Below, one piece after another: positions 12,860 to 25,823 of a stretch of 64,000 nucleotides of DNA. Below the pieces are notes generated by a model. It was not told the origin of the DNA, searched no databases, and saw nothing but the letters and a program-made list of their open reading frames with translations. This stretch comes from Octopus sinensis (lineage: Eukaryota): assembly GCF_006345805.1 (NCBI RefSeq), contig NC_042997.1, positions 34,348,001 to 34,412,000 of the forward strand. Direction: 5' to 3'. Every line of letters starts with the position of its first letter. The stretch's first letter is position 1. Made by a program: the position numbers and the translations under genes.

Positions 12860-14480
12860 GCCAGTAATCTTAGGGGAAAGGGAACGTTTCCAAATTTACA
12901 GTTAGAGTAGAAAAGTGTTTTGGTGATCATTCATTATTCATTCACACCAGATGCACAACATACTTTTCTACTGGTGATCTGTGATTCATTTGTTAGACAG
13001 TCAGGTCTTTGGACTGTTCGGCGCCTAGTGTTGGCACCTGCCATTTCATACTCAGCATACATCTCAAAGTTTTTGCTGAAGCCTTTCAAATAATTTGAGT
13101 CGTCGATTGTCTCGCGCAAAAACAACAGAACTGTCAAACACGTTTGATAAAACCTCATTTAGTTCGAATAGTGACGTCACGATCCGCCTCCATACAAACA
13201 TTTTCCAATTATACAAATTGCCAAATTTCCATAGAAGCTTTTTGTATTAATGAATGGATTGTAATGTCTAAGTATCCATCACTTTACAAATTATTCAGAA
13301 GATATAAGAATATTTTGACAACTTCAAATCTGGCGCCATTCACAATGATTTTTTGGCTCAATGTTGCACTGGAATGAATATTACTGAGAACCGACTCGTT
13401 ATTACTTGTACGTCTTTCTCAACGTTAGCAACAATATTAGCAGTTCTCGGTTCAATATTTCGAACCGCTCAGACTTGCTGTTAAATATTTCATCATTCGG
13501 TACTTGCAGCTCGAATTTTCCCAACTACTAGTTTGTAACAAAATGTCACATTCGGGACTATGTAGCATAGATTACAAATAACTTGAACATTATTTTTTGG
13601 GCTTAATATAGTATTAATGATATACCAATTATATATTTTAATTATATATAATTTAGGCCTAAGTTTAATCCCTTTAACATGTTATATCTTGGGTGGAAGT
13701 TGTTATAGACAGCTTGACTGAAATGCGGGCAGAGTTGAGTGATAATAAACCATACATGCGATTCCATTCCCTGAGTAACCAAGCACACAGCGGGTGTCCT
13801 GTTGCATTCCAACTCTTGCATTAAAAGCAGCAAGAATTATCATCTTTCCGTGCTTTGGGGGTGACAAAATGGCGGTACGAAGAGATTTGTAGAATTATAT
13901 AATAGAATCATTGCTAGTTATGGAGGTTGAAAGATAAATGCAGAAAAAATACATAAGGTCCACATAAGAATGAAAATTGGAAATTCATAATGCCATCAGC
14001 TATACTGCATGGATGCTCTATTTGATGAAATAAAGTTGTTTGGATTGTAAAAGGAACACTGTTGTTTCTCCTTTTGCTCATTTGTGTTCGACTCAAAATA
14101 ATAAGAAATCAAAACATACATCACTGAGTTAATTCTTATCTGAAAGTTTCATTTGAAAGGGTGTTACTGTGTCTAACAGGCGACTTTTGTCGCACATTCT
14201 TCTTTAGCATCCTCCCAACAAACGTTGTGAACAATGCTTACGTGCTAAACAAGACTGTTTAGATGCAAGAATCGTCACTGAAAATCTGTTTTTGTTTATG
14301 AAAAAATGTTATGTGAAGAATCCTTTCACCTTTTCGCAGTTTCATGACTAAGTGCTTCTAACTAGTTAAGCCTGAACACGTCGCCACAGCATTACCACAA
14401 CACACTGGATAGAAACCAAAGTATGTAGTGATGAGAGATATGTACAAAATATCTGAAGCTGTTTCAACTGCAAGATTTAT
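12860..14480 (-). mobile_element. Highly degraded hAT (ZMYM1-like) transposase relic
   Basis: Manual translation gives GLTS*KHLVMKLRKGERILHI (resembles the G..WKH..KL..HE.S..H TTF-type motif), PFTIQTTLF (resembles YLS..IQNEL) and a RRRTVQR basic segment. Many stops and frameshifts. Confidence 0.4.
13690..13960 (-). mobile_element. RTE-clade LINE apurinic endonuclease fragment
   Basis: Translation FYKSLRTAILSPPKHGKMIILAAFNARVG matches the APE motif FY..L......PK.DKLIILGDFNARVG. Confidence 0.7.
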
Positions 14481-15764
14481 GCATCAGTGGACCTTGTCTT
14501 AGACGTTTCTACGAAAATAATACTAACAGGTCAGTAGATGTCTGGTTTTGGAGTTTTTCATCTCCAAGTGGCTCTACTGTGCGTCAAGACACGAATCTGA
14601 ATATTTCTACGTACCTGTGCTAACATTTATACGTACAAACATATAAAACTATATTACAACAATACAAAGGCATACGTTATGCTTTCTGATAGTAATCAAA
14701 TTCGAATGCTTACCTTCTTCGTCTTAGAAACGAAGTCATATATTGGATATATTCTTGTATTCTTATTTATGATTGCACTCTAATTCATACACTGACAATT
14801 GCAAAGCCATATAAACAACAAGCAGTATTTTTATATGTCTATGTCGTTGTGGATGTACGTTTTAGACACGTTATTACAAGTTAGACTGGGAGATATTTTC
14901 ATGATTTTCATCAAAACGTGTCTGTCTTGATTCGTTGCTAAATTTCACTTACATACAATAGAAATTTAGTTCAAAGTTTTATTCTTCATTCATTAACGTT
15001 TGGAACCCACTACCATAAAAAATAACATTAAAAATATCTGTAATTTAGAGAAACCTTTGAAGTCTTTTCAAGTTGTAAATTATTCCTAATAAACCAACAT
15101 TTCATTGAAGATTATTACTAAAACAGAGAAAAGAAAAATATGAAACCATAAACAGTAGTAACAATAAGCTATAATGGAGTAGGCAAAAAATCCAAATAAA
15201 AAAAAATAACAAGACAAATGTTATTGTAGAATTATGAAAATATTTAAGTTCTAAAGAAAATGTTTTATATTTTACTACGTTGATTGTTTCTCTGTCTCTT
15301 TAAATAAAAATTAATAAAAATTCAAGTCTTCCATTGAAGCGAGTTTGTGCCTGGATAATGTAGAAATTAATACGATAAGTAAATTGTGGTAAATTTTTGA
15401 AAAACCACAAATTAAATGGATAGGAATTTAAATTTCAAAGAAAAAAAAGTTTAATTGTTATTTTGTCTCTCAACAATATATAGTTTTGCATTGAATATCC
15501 TTGAGGAAATGATTAATTATCTGATATTATCGCGGAGACAGTGTTTGAATTGCAAAAAGATAAAGAAAATATATTATAAGAAAATTTGGAATCCTGTAGT
15601 TTCATATGTATTAGTGATTAGTATAATTACCAAAGAAATTTTATGCTTCACGTATGCTTTCCGTTTGTGTTTTGTTATAATTTCGGTTTTTCCCTTGATC
15701 ATTCTGTACTGTAGAAGCGAAGATAGCGTAAAACTCAAGCCTCTGGGCTTTCGCATCTATTACT

Positions 15765-16180
15765 CTTTTACTCTTTTACTCTTTTACTTGTTTCAGTCAT
15801 TTGACTGCGGCCATGCTGGAGCACCGCCTTTAGTCGAGCAACTCGACCCCGGGACTTATTCTTTTGTAAGCCCAGTACTTATTCTATCGGTCTCTTTTGC
15901 CGAACCGCTAAGTAACGGGGACATAAACACACCAGCATCGGTTGTCAAGCAATGCTAGGAGACAAACACAGACACACAAACACACACACGCATGTATATA
16001 TATATATACATATATACGACGGGCTTCTTTCAGTTTCCGTCTACCAAATCCACTCACAAGGCTTTGGTCGGCCCGAGGCTATAGTAGAAAACACTTGCCA
16101 AAGGTGCCACGCAGTGGGACTGAACCCGGAACCATGTAGTTGGTAGACAAGCTACTTACCACACAGCCACTCCTGCACCT
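15765..16180 (-). mobile_element. SINE family B, full-length
   Basis: Reverse complement of the gcaggagtggctgtgtggtaagtagc..ggcaagtgt..gaaacaagtaaaagagt consensus. Confidence 0.9.
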
Positions 16181-16294
16181 ATGCTTTCCATTTGTGCTTT
16201 GTTATATTTCGGTTTTTTCCTCGATCATTCTGTACTGTAGAAGCGAAGATAGCGTAAAACTCAAGCCTCTGGGCTTTCGCATCTATTACTCTAT

Positions 16295-16692
16295 ACTATT
16301 TTTACTCTTTTACTTGTTTCAGTCATTTGACTGCGGTCATGCTGGAGCACCGCCTTTAGTTGGGCAGGACTTATTCGACCCCAGGACTTATTCTTTGGAA
16401 GCCTAATACTTATTCCATCGGTTCTTTTGCGGAACTTCTAAGTTACGGGGACGTAAACACACCACCATCGGGGACAAACACAGACACACAAACATACACA
16501 CACATCACACACACAGACACACACACCCATACGTATATACGACGGGCTTCTTTCAGTTTCCGTTTACCAAATCCACTCACAACGCTTTGGTCGACCCGAG
16601 GCTATAGTAGAAGACACTTGCCCAAGGTGCCACGCAGTGGGAATGAATCTAGAACCATGTGGTTGGTTAGTAAGTAAGCTACTTACCACACT
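16295..16692 (-). mobile_element. SINE family B, second copy within a diverged tandem duplication
   Basis: Same family, preceded by the same 110-bp flank as the 15765 copy. Confidence 0.85.
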
Positions 16693-16999
16693 TTGGTTTC
16701 ATTTCGGCTTGTAACTATTTTATTTCACTTATGTTGCTAATACTGTTTAGAACAGAGGTTTTGTGTATATTTTACGATTCATCAATAACTTTGCATGGGC
16801 TAAGCTCAACCATAATATCTGGTACTTATAAAACTAAACGAATATTAAAACTTCCTTTCCCACTCATCAAACGTCAGTTCACATGAGCATTCATTAACGG
16901 ATACAAAATGATAGGTAAGAGTACTCAAGAACTTCTTTGTAGCTATCAACCATAAACAATCAACAGTTACATATAACATGATTTCTCACAATTTATGAT

Positions 17000-17800
17000 A
17001 AATTGTATTCGGTTTAAAACAACTTATACCGTTTATTTTGTCGTGGAAAAATTACAGGATTCCAGTGTTGGCAATATACTATGCATCTTACAAAGGGGTA
17101 TGCAAGAAGACCACTATTTTAGGCAAGAATAGATTTCCATTCGGTCATAATGATTCAGAGACAAGAACACACTTTAACCTAAAATTTACTTATATCACAC
17201 TGAATCTAAAGGCATACTGAAGAACCAAAATAATTTTTCCTGTATATGTTTTGTAAGCAAAGACGTGTCGCAAAACAAAACGTTATCGCACACTATGGTT
17301 TTGGACAAATTGTCATTATCTTCACTACTAAATTGTAATAGAAAAGGCACGGAGCAGAATCAGAAGAGAAAACTAAATTGAGAAGTCATCGTCGAGATGT
17401 TAGGTCTGAAATTCGGTGGTTAAAATTCGACAAGAATAAGAAAAGCATAATATATATCTTGCATGCTTAATCCGTTTTGTGTTTCATTGATGTAAAAGTG
17501 ATCACTTGCAATTATTTTCATATCACGGAGTAAGTATTCAGTTTAGGATTCACGTGAAACCATTATGACTTTCTGTCCTTATAGCTACATCAGTCAATTA
17601 AATTGTTAACCGTTTGTCTAGCAACTAAAATTAACATTTACATATTGTTTGATAATTGCTTCAGTGTTTTAGATTCTATCAGTCTCTAAAAGATGCCTAC
17701 AAGAGAAAGATATATCTCAAAATTAGACACCCAAAGAATAAAATGTTACAAGATCTGGATATTTATAAGCAAATGGGACAAAAATAGAAATAAACGAATT
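17000..17800 (+). mobile_element. Possible very old Mutator-like transposase relic
   Basis: Fragments FIDVKVITCNYFHITE (C.FH-like) and IQFRIHVKPL*LSVLIA weakly resemble MULE motifs; heavily disrupted. Confidence 0.2.
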
Positions 17801-18880
17801 CAATATCTATATTACGTTCTATCTATCCAATGAGGTAAAATAGTAAGTTAGTAATTAGATAAAAAGAACAGTGAGAGAATTTGCTGATTTTCAAGCCACG
17901 TACTGCAATAATTGTTATTATAACCAGAGAAACGCTACTCAATCGCATTATGTATGTGGAACCGTCAAAAGCAAGTCTATCACTCTTCTCTGCCATTACA
18001 TTATATATGTTTCGCAATTAAGACTAACAAACTTATTCATGTAAAAACATCATTGCATTGTATTAAGTCTGATAACGTTTCGAGAATTTTATAAAAATCA
18101 AGGAAAAATGTAAAATACAACGAAATAAAAGAGAAAAGAAATTTGAAAATTATAATGTAGTGTTTTCTAATTAATTCAAGTATATTAATTTTCTGAAATG
18201 AAACTAAAATGAAATTTTATTAATTTCTTATTATTTGATATTTCAAGAATGTGACTACGAAGAGTTAAGTGATTAAAAGTAAAACAAAAAAGCAATTAAA
18301 AAACATACAACAATATCTTTAAAACAGAAAAAATACAAATATGAAGACAACCAGTATAAAACAATTCTGTGACTCCTAAAACTTTAAGATTCGTTAAATG
18401 ATGTAGATTTAACATTATGAATGGTGAATAATAAATAAATTCTTATTAGAGAATTGAAATTATATTTTGGAGACGACAGTTGTTTTTGTGGCTGCTCTCT
18501 AATTTAATGTTTTTACTTAAGGGTTAATCTGAAGAAGTTAAATTATACAAAGAACTCAGAACTATTAAATACATGGAATTATTAAGAAAAGAAGACATAT
18601 TTACTTCCAATGACTTTTTATTGAGTTAGCTCGTAGGCAGGAAGACATTTCATAAATGCACTCGACGTATTTGTTTCAGATACTTTATAATTTAAAATTA
18701 TGCATATATAATACTTAAAGTCTGATTACACTACCAATTAGTGAATATAAAACGCAAATGGACCAGGTGTTTCACAGTGAATACCAGATATTTCTATTGA
18801 GAAGAAGTGGTCAAATGTCTGCATTCTTGATAATTATTATTGTGAATAATACAGTTTCTAACAAATTAAATGTAACATAC

Positions 18881-18949
18881 CATTAAGGAATGAAGAGTGA
18901 GGCATAGCAAAAGAAATTCGAAGGATGATAAAGCAAACTTTTCTGATAA
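18881..18949 (-). CDS. Candidate 69-bp exon
   Basis: tatacttgcag| acceptor and ATG|gtatgt donor; two frames open (LSEKFALSSFEFLLLCLTLHSLM or IRKVCFIILRISFAMPHSSFLN). Could be chance. Confidence 0.2.
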
Positions 18950-19014
18950 CTGCAAGTATACTAATTTTATGAAATAAAACAGAAATTATTTTCTTTCTTT
19001 AAAAGTTTGTACTG

Positions 19015-19357
19015 AATTCCGTTTTAGAGACCAGCTCAAATAGACCTTGGCTCAAGCTAACATCCAGCCATTCTCATGCGAACAGATTGCCGTGGATAGG
19101 ACAGCCTGGAGGACTGCTACCCGCAATGGAGCCAGCTCCTTCGAGCAGAACAGATAACAGAATGATGAGGTAAAACGCAGGAGAAGAAAGGAACGTATTC
19201 GACATCTTCGACTTGCACCGACCATCCTGTGCGAGTTCTGCCCACGACTCTTTCACCACCGACTTGGATTCAAAAGTCACTTTCGGCACAAACATCAGCC
19301 GAGGAGACTGAATGGGAATTGACGAACCCAATGCTCGTGTACGAGCAGGAGCCGACC
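19015..19357 (+). mobile_element. 5'-truncated RTE-clade LINE 3' end with a C2H2-type finger
   Basis: RFRDQLK*TLAQANIQPFSCEQIAVDRTAWRTATRNGASSFEQNR*..KRRRRKER..CEFCPRLFHHRLGFKSHFRHKH matches RTE ORF C-termini (DR..WR; C..C.R.F..R.GL.SH.R.H); followed by (TA)n. Confidence 0.85.
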
Positions 19358-19584
19358 ATATATATATATATATTATTTTTTGCAAAAAACAATGTAATTT
19401 TCTTTTTTCCCCCTCCTCAATTATAAAAAAAATTTCTTTTCATCTTACAATTGTTGAAAAGTCGCATTGCGACGAAAACCGGTTTGAATTAAGATATATA
19501 TATTTTTTAATTTTAAAAAATTTTCCATACACCAATTTTCATTCAAATTTACCTAGCATTCTGCCTTTTTATAATTTTTCCTTG

Positions 19585-19626
<42 letters not shown>

Positions 19627-19951
19627 TAAAAACGGTAAGATAACAAAAGAAAGATACCTCAATATTATGTAAATAGAGGAAATTTATCTGTAAAATAATA
19701 TGTGACAATTATTCAATAGCCAAGATAAAACTCTGAGTTTCGGATGCCGAGGTGGAAATCCACAACACCATCTCTTAGGTCGTTTCGTAGGACTCCTTTA
19801 ATTGATCCCTGAAAGCATTACAACATTACAAAGAAAACTGTTCTCATCAGCTTACCGCATAGACTTCAAGCATAGAGGACAAGTTAGATACTTAAAGATA
19901 TATCATAAACAGAGAGCTAAATTTTGTGGCAGAAAGAAAAAAGGACAGTAC

Positions 19952-20162
19952 ATATTATACATGTATTTCGTAAGTTGATGTGTGCAAATGCAAGCATTGC
20001 GGAAGAGACTTAGTATTTTTATCTCAGATTTTTATTGCCTTGTCAACAGACATACACATATCCATCTAACAGTTAATATGAAAATCTGAGATAAAAATAA
20101 TAAAGTCTCTTTCGCAATGCTTGTATTTGTACACATCAACTTACGAAATACATGTAGAATAT
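19952..20162. mobile_element. Fold-back/MITE-like hairpin with about 80-bp arms
   Basis: tacatgtatttcgtaagttgatgtg..atctcagatttt is mirrored by aaaatctgagat..cacatcaacttacgaaatacatgta. Confidence 0.75.
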
Positions 20163-20611
20163 AAAATCCCCTCCTTCATATGCGCACGAAAATATGCCGT
20201 AATCCAAAAAGAAATAGAAATCTTCTGCAATGAGAAAACATATTTCTGACGAAAAAAGAAGTGTTGTGTTATGGAAGTTAGCTGTTCTATAAATAAGAAT
20301 TTAATTTAAATGTAGTTTGAAAGAGGAAGTTTAGACAACAACTTCAAGATAAAGTATCTGTTACTCCAATAATGAATTCAGAACAAGTCTAATCATTGAA
20401 ACGGTAATTCATTTTTCTAATTATATGTAATATTTTTGTGAACAAAATCATCGTCGGTTACATATTTCTAAGTGATCGTTCAATGACTTTATGATGACAA
20501 GAGTGATTAGGAAGCGTCTGCACAGCTCAGACTGAACGAGTACCATACAATGTGTTTTTTCTTCACAGCCATCCATTTATTTCTTTCATCCTCAATATTT
20601 ACACATTTCGA

Positions 20612-20860
20612 CGCCATAACAACAATATATACTTCTTTACTACCCACAAGAGGCCAAACACAGAGAGGACAAACAAGGACAGACAAACGGATTAAGTCGA
20701 TTATATTGACTCCAGTGCGTAACTGGTACTTATTTAATCGACCCCGAAAGGATGAAAGGCAAAGTTGACCTCGGCGGAATTTGAACTCAACGTAACGGCA
20801 GACGAAATACCGCTAAGCATTTTGCCCGGCCTGCTAACGGTTCTGCCAGCTCGCCGCCTT
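20612..20860 (-). mobile_element. SINE family A monomer
   Basis: Ends gccagctcgccgcctt (reverse complement of the head); aacaatata on both flanks. Confidence 0.9.
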
Positions 20861-21364
20861 AAACATAATAACAATATAGTCGAATAGTTAATAAATTTGC
20901 TTCACAAACACGATGTATCGGGATCGAACCTGTTGCACGGGGTCTTGGAGAAGTACAGTTTTCTATAGCTTCAAATCGGCTTATACTTTCTGGATGGAAT
21001 TGTATACAAGTCTGTCGGCTGTATTTTTATCTGTAATTCAAAAATAAAGCCTCCTCACACACTGTTGCTTTAATTCTGTATGATAATTGCGCTAAGGGTA
21101 CACGTGTTTGTGGAATACTCACCCACCCGTACATTATTTCAACGATTGCCATCCATCCATCCATCCATCCATCCATCCATTAATCCATCCATCCATCCAT
21201 CTATCCAGCCAGCCAGCCAGCCAGCCAGTCATCCCTTCCTCTCTCTATCCATCCAGACAAACAATAAATCGATCCAGCGATCCATCGGAGAAACATATAC
21301 GTATAAACACATATTTAACCATCTAGTTGGACATACGCATAAAGGATATCATATTAAAGACGTA

Positions 21365-22545
21365 CGAGGGTTGTCTGAACAGTTGCTAGGTTAACAATAA
21401 AGAAATTATGTTAGAGCTGTGAAATCTTGCATTCATTAATTTCAAAACTTATTATTAATAACAGCACTGTGTCTTTCCAAGTAAACTGACGTCTTGTTGT
21501 TTAAAGAAGACTTCTAAAGCATCTACTAGGCACTTGAAAATAGACAAAATTTGGCATCATGTCGTTATCAAGTTCTTGCAGAAAAAGGCTTCAGCCCCCA
21601 AGGACATTCATGCTGACATGGTTGCTACATTAAGGGATGACGTTCCAGCTTTATCAGCACAGCAAAAATGGGCAGCTGAATGTAGAAAGGCGAAGGAGAG
21701 TCTTCTACCAAAGAAAACATTGATCGTTTTCACCACATAGTAATAGACGACAGGCTATTGACTATAAATCAAATAACCAGTGCAATTAGTACATCCCGTG
21801 AGAGAGTTGAGAATAATATGCCCAATGAATTTGACATGACGAACAGTTCTACTAAGGGCGTCACGTCTTCAGATACCTCATCAAACGTGCACCAGGTTGA
21901 TCACATCATGGGAAAAATCTGACATTGTTTCAGGCAGAGCCAGCTGGCTTCCTTGAACATTTCTTAACCCAGGATAAGTGTTGGCGTCATCACAATGAAA
22001 CAATCCATGCAGTGAATAAAGCCTTCCGCACTTGCTCCAAAGAAGGCCAAGGTTTCATCTTCAGGGATGGTGATGGCTTTAGTATTTTGAAATGCAAAAG
22101 GTATTGTTTTTTGCGCTTATCTTCTAAAAGGTGCCAACTTGCTGAGGCAGTTACGAGGGTTTCAAGACTAAACGCTCAGGAAAACAGACGAAAGATCTTG
22201 TACACAAATCCTTGGTTACAATGACTGCTGTGTGCGTGACTGTGGTTTTGAACCGGTAGATCAGTCTCCCTGTTCTCCTGATTTGGCCCCATCTGTCTGT
22301 CATTCGTTCCCCACTTGGCTGGGAACTAGTATCGCAGAGATGATGACATCATTTCTGCTTTTGGTGACTTTTTGACCAAAAGATGAAAGCTTCTCCACCA
22401 ATGGAATCCAAGCATTGCAACATCGATGGAAGAAATGGACCGCAAGTGAGGACTGCAAAGTGCGGAATGATTAAATATAAACCTTATTTGGTCACATTCT
22501 ATAAAAATGTCTTGGCCAGCCTATGATCTTTTCAGCCGACCCTCG
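21365..22545 (+). mobile_element. Degenerate mariner element
   Basis: TA|cgagggttgtctgaa left end and ttcagccgaccctcg right end; KIWHHVVIKFLQKK..KDIHADMVATL..KWAAE (HTH) and QSPCSPDLAPS (YSPDLAP motif); many stops. Confidence 0.9.
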
Positions 22546-23122
22546 TGGTTCTGTCTTGTGCACAATCATATATCTCTCACAGAGGAGGTATGTAAGTTTA
22601 TCACTATAATATTTTAGTTAAATTTCTAAAATTGACTGTAAAACATGTTTAAGTGTTTAATCAATGTGTGGGGATGGAGTATATCGAAAGAAGTTCTCTG
22701 AAAATAGTCTCACGAATTATTAGTTTCCAAAAAGCAATTCGCTGTAATGTCTGTAAATACAAAATATTTTGCATCAGGCATTTAGGAAATCCTTTTGGTA
22801 CTAAACACGGTTCATCATGAAGATTTTCTTCTGAGTTTTATGAGCTTCATCTTCTTCCGTGTATACAACATTTGTACTCTTCTAGAGATCACCAGTTGAT
22901 GCCAAATTTGCTTAAATTGTCTTTTAAACTTTTCGTTACTGTCGGATAAATTGGTGATCTATTCTTGTTTATATTTCTACAGCGATTTGAATTTTTTAAA
23001 CCACTCTGAGCAAGACAAAGTTGGAAAACATTTTCAAAAGAGTAAAAATATATAATCATTGTCTCAGACCTCCCAAACAATAGAAAATCTCTCAACGAGA
23101 GATATTCAGCAACAGTACTCTA

Positions 23123-23595
23123 GAGAAAAGATTATTTGCCAACATAACATGGCAGTCCTGGTTTTGAACGAATGTCGCTGTAGTTTAGACCCACGTGACG
23201 TCGTCTCTAGCTGGCTATACGACACGATCTGTGTTCTTATATTTTCGAACAAGGGCATTTAGCACCCCCACTCAGCTCAAAACAATATCTGTGTATCGTG
23301 ATTTCCGGATTATTTCTCTTCATGAGGACAAATAATTTTTCGGGTAGAGATTGCACTGCCAAATTTCTGTTCGAAATATATAGTTTCCAAAGTGACAACT
23401 AGTCACTGATCTATAAAATAGACAATTATTATTTGTAAATCTCTCAACGAGTGTTTTGAGCTGAGTGCGGGCGCTAAATGCTCTTGTTCGAAAATATAAG
23501 GACGCAGCTGGAGACGATGTTTCCTGGGGCTAAATCATAGCAACGTTCATCCTACACCAGGACTGCCATGTTATGTTGGCAAATAATCTTTACTC
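23123..23595. mobile_element. Fold-back/MITE-like element with about 150-bp arms
   Basis: aagattatttgccaacataacatggcagtcctgg..ctcagctcaaaaca is mirrored by tgttttgagctgag..ccaggactgccatgttatgttggcaaataatctt. Confidence 0.8.
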
Positions 23596-23635
23596 CCAAA
23601 CAATGTTTAGAAGACGCATCATGAAGTCTGGGCGA

Positions 23636-23736
<101 letters not shown>

Positions 23737-23847
23737 CTGTCTGCCTGCGTGCGCACCTGCCTGTTTGTCTGTCTGTTTGATGTCTGATATCTGTCTGACT
23801 CTCTTCCAGTCTATTTATCTCTCTACACGTATGTATATATAAATAAG

Positions 23848-23908
<61 letters not shown>

Positions 23909-23940
23909 TCTGTTTACTTGTGCGTGTATATATAGATATA

Positions 23941-24567
23941 TCAATAATATAAAAGGGTAAAATTAATTAATTAATTTATCATTTAATTAATTAATAATAA
24001 TTTTACCAAGTAGTTCTGCACGTCAAAATAACCTTTTTGGGTAACATTATACAAATATTCTATGATTATAAGCATAATTATAATCAGGGGCCAGCCAATT
24101 GTTTCGCCACGCACCGGATTTTGAAATTGCAGTTGAAATACCATTCTGCTATCATAAATATCTCCCATATAGTAACACTTTTTTTACGTAGGCAAAGAGA
24201 AAAAATAACGAATGCACACGACTTAGATTAGTTGCATACGCGTTTCGGGATTAAAGTAAAGTTATATTTACTTATTTCACCTCATCAGTGCAACATTTCA
24301 AATATAAATTTGAGAGTGTTACAATTAAATATATACGCGATCAAGCGTCATCGCATAACTGATATTTAACCAGCACTTCCAAAACTATGCAGCCGAATGA
24401 GAACACGTATTCACCCCTGATAATAATTATGCTTATAATTATAGAATATTTGTATAATGATACCCCAAAAGGTTATTTTAACGTACCGAACTACTTGGTA
24501 AATTATTAATTATTAACTAATTAATTGATTAATTAATGAATTAATTTTACCCTTTTATTATTATTGA
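23941..24567. mobile_element. Fold-back/MITE-like element with about 150-bp AT-rich arms
   Basis: aaaagggtaaaattaatt..accaagtagtt..agcataattataatcagggg is mirrored by cccctgataataattatgct..aactacttggt..aattttacccttttat. Confidence 0.8.
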
Positions 24568-24686
24568 AATATAATTTACTCCCTGATCGAAAACTGCAGT
24601 TTCTGCGGGATTACTCGTAACGCACGTGGGTATTTGAGGATAAATATGACGGTAATTCTATTTAAAATTTTACCTCATATTCTGAG

Positions 24687-24721
<35 letters not shown>

Positions 24722-24744
24722 ATATATATCTATATATATCACGT

Positions 24745-25016
24745 GATAACGTGACCGACCAGACCATCAGATGTTGCTACACATCGCTGGTCACAATGCG
24801 TTCACATTGTTTTAGCCTTCGAACGACGCCACCCCGCTGGCTAAGCGAGCAGGCCAACAGAAGAAAGAGTGGTGAAAGAGTACAGCAGGGATCACCCCAC
24901 CCCCTGCCGGAGCCTCGTGGAGCTTTTAGGTGTTTTCGTTCAATAAACACACACAACGCCCGGTCTGGGAATCGAAGCCGCGAGTCCGCTGCCTTAACCA
25001 CTAGGCCATTGCGCCT

Positions 25017-25020
<4 letters not shown>
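24745..25020 (-). mobile_element. tRNA-derived SINE family C, full-length
   Basis: Head gtggaggcgcaatggcctagtggttaaggcagcggactcgcggcttcgattcccagacc; inserted at (CA)n. Confidence 0.9.
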
Positions 25021-25090
<70 letters not shown>

Positions 25091-25559
25091 TTGCCATAAT
25101 AACACGCACATACACACACACTCATATATTTACCCTAATACCACAAACACATCGGCACACATGCACACACAACATACACATGCATAGATAAAGTCGAATA
25201 TATATCCTCTAAATTCATGTGTAAAAAAACTATATATAACCAGTTGAAAACCCTCAAAATCTCTCTGCATTCTATCTGAAATACGCAATTTATATTAAAT
25301 ATTTATGATATCTCTTATATGATATTTTATTCTTTAATGTTTTGAACTAAAATATATCGCACAGTATGTGCTATACAGAAGAATTGAAGGAGAAAGTGGG
25401 ATATAGTAAAGGTTAAAATCGACTTTATTTGAAGACACGAATCCACATAATACGTATACAGTTAAACTGAGATTCATATCTTTTGATATACTAAAGCGCA
25501 CACGCATGGACATATACAGAGGTACACCTGTATACACAATCATTCAAACGAACATAATC

Positions 25560-25781
25560 ATTCGTACATATATATATTTATAAACTCACACACATAAATA
25601 TATGCACAGACACACACACACATACACACATATGTATATATATGTATATATGTATATAAGTGTATATATATATATTTATGTATGTGTATATATATATAAT
25701 ATATATATATGTATACGCAAGAATTTGCATGTTTATTTAATAATATATATATATATATGTATATATATATGTATATGTATG

Positions 25782-25823
<42 letters not shown>

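Noticed and set aside
24960-25020. tRNA-like sequence; also the heads of SINE families A and B
   Set aside because: These are SINE heads continuing into SINE bodies, with no complete cloverleaf or acceptor stem, so they are not called tRNA genes.
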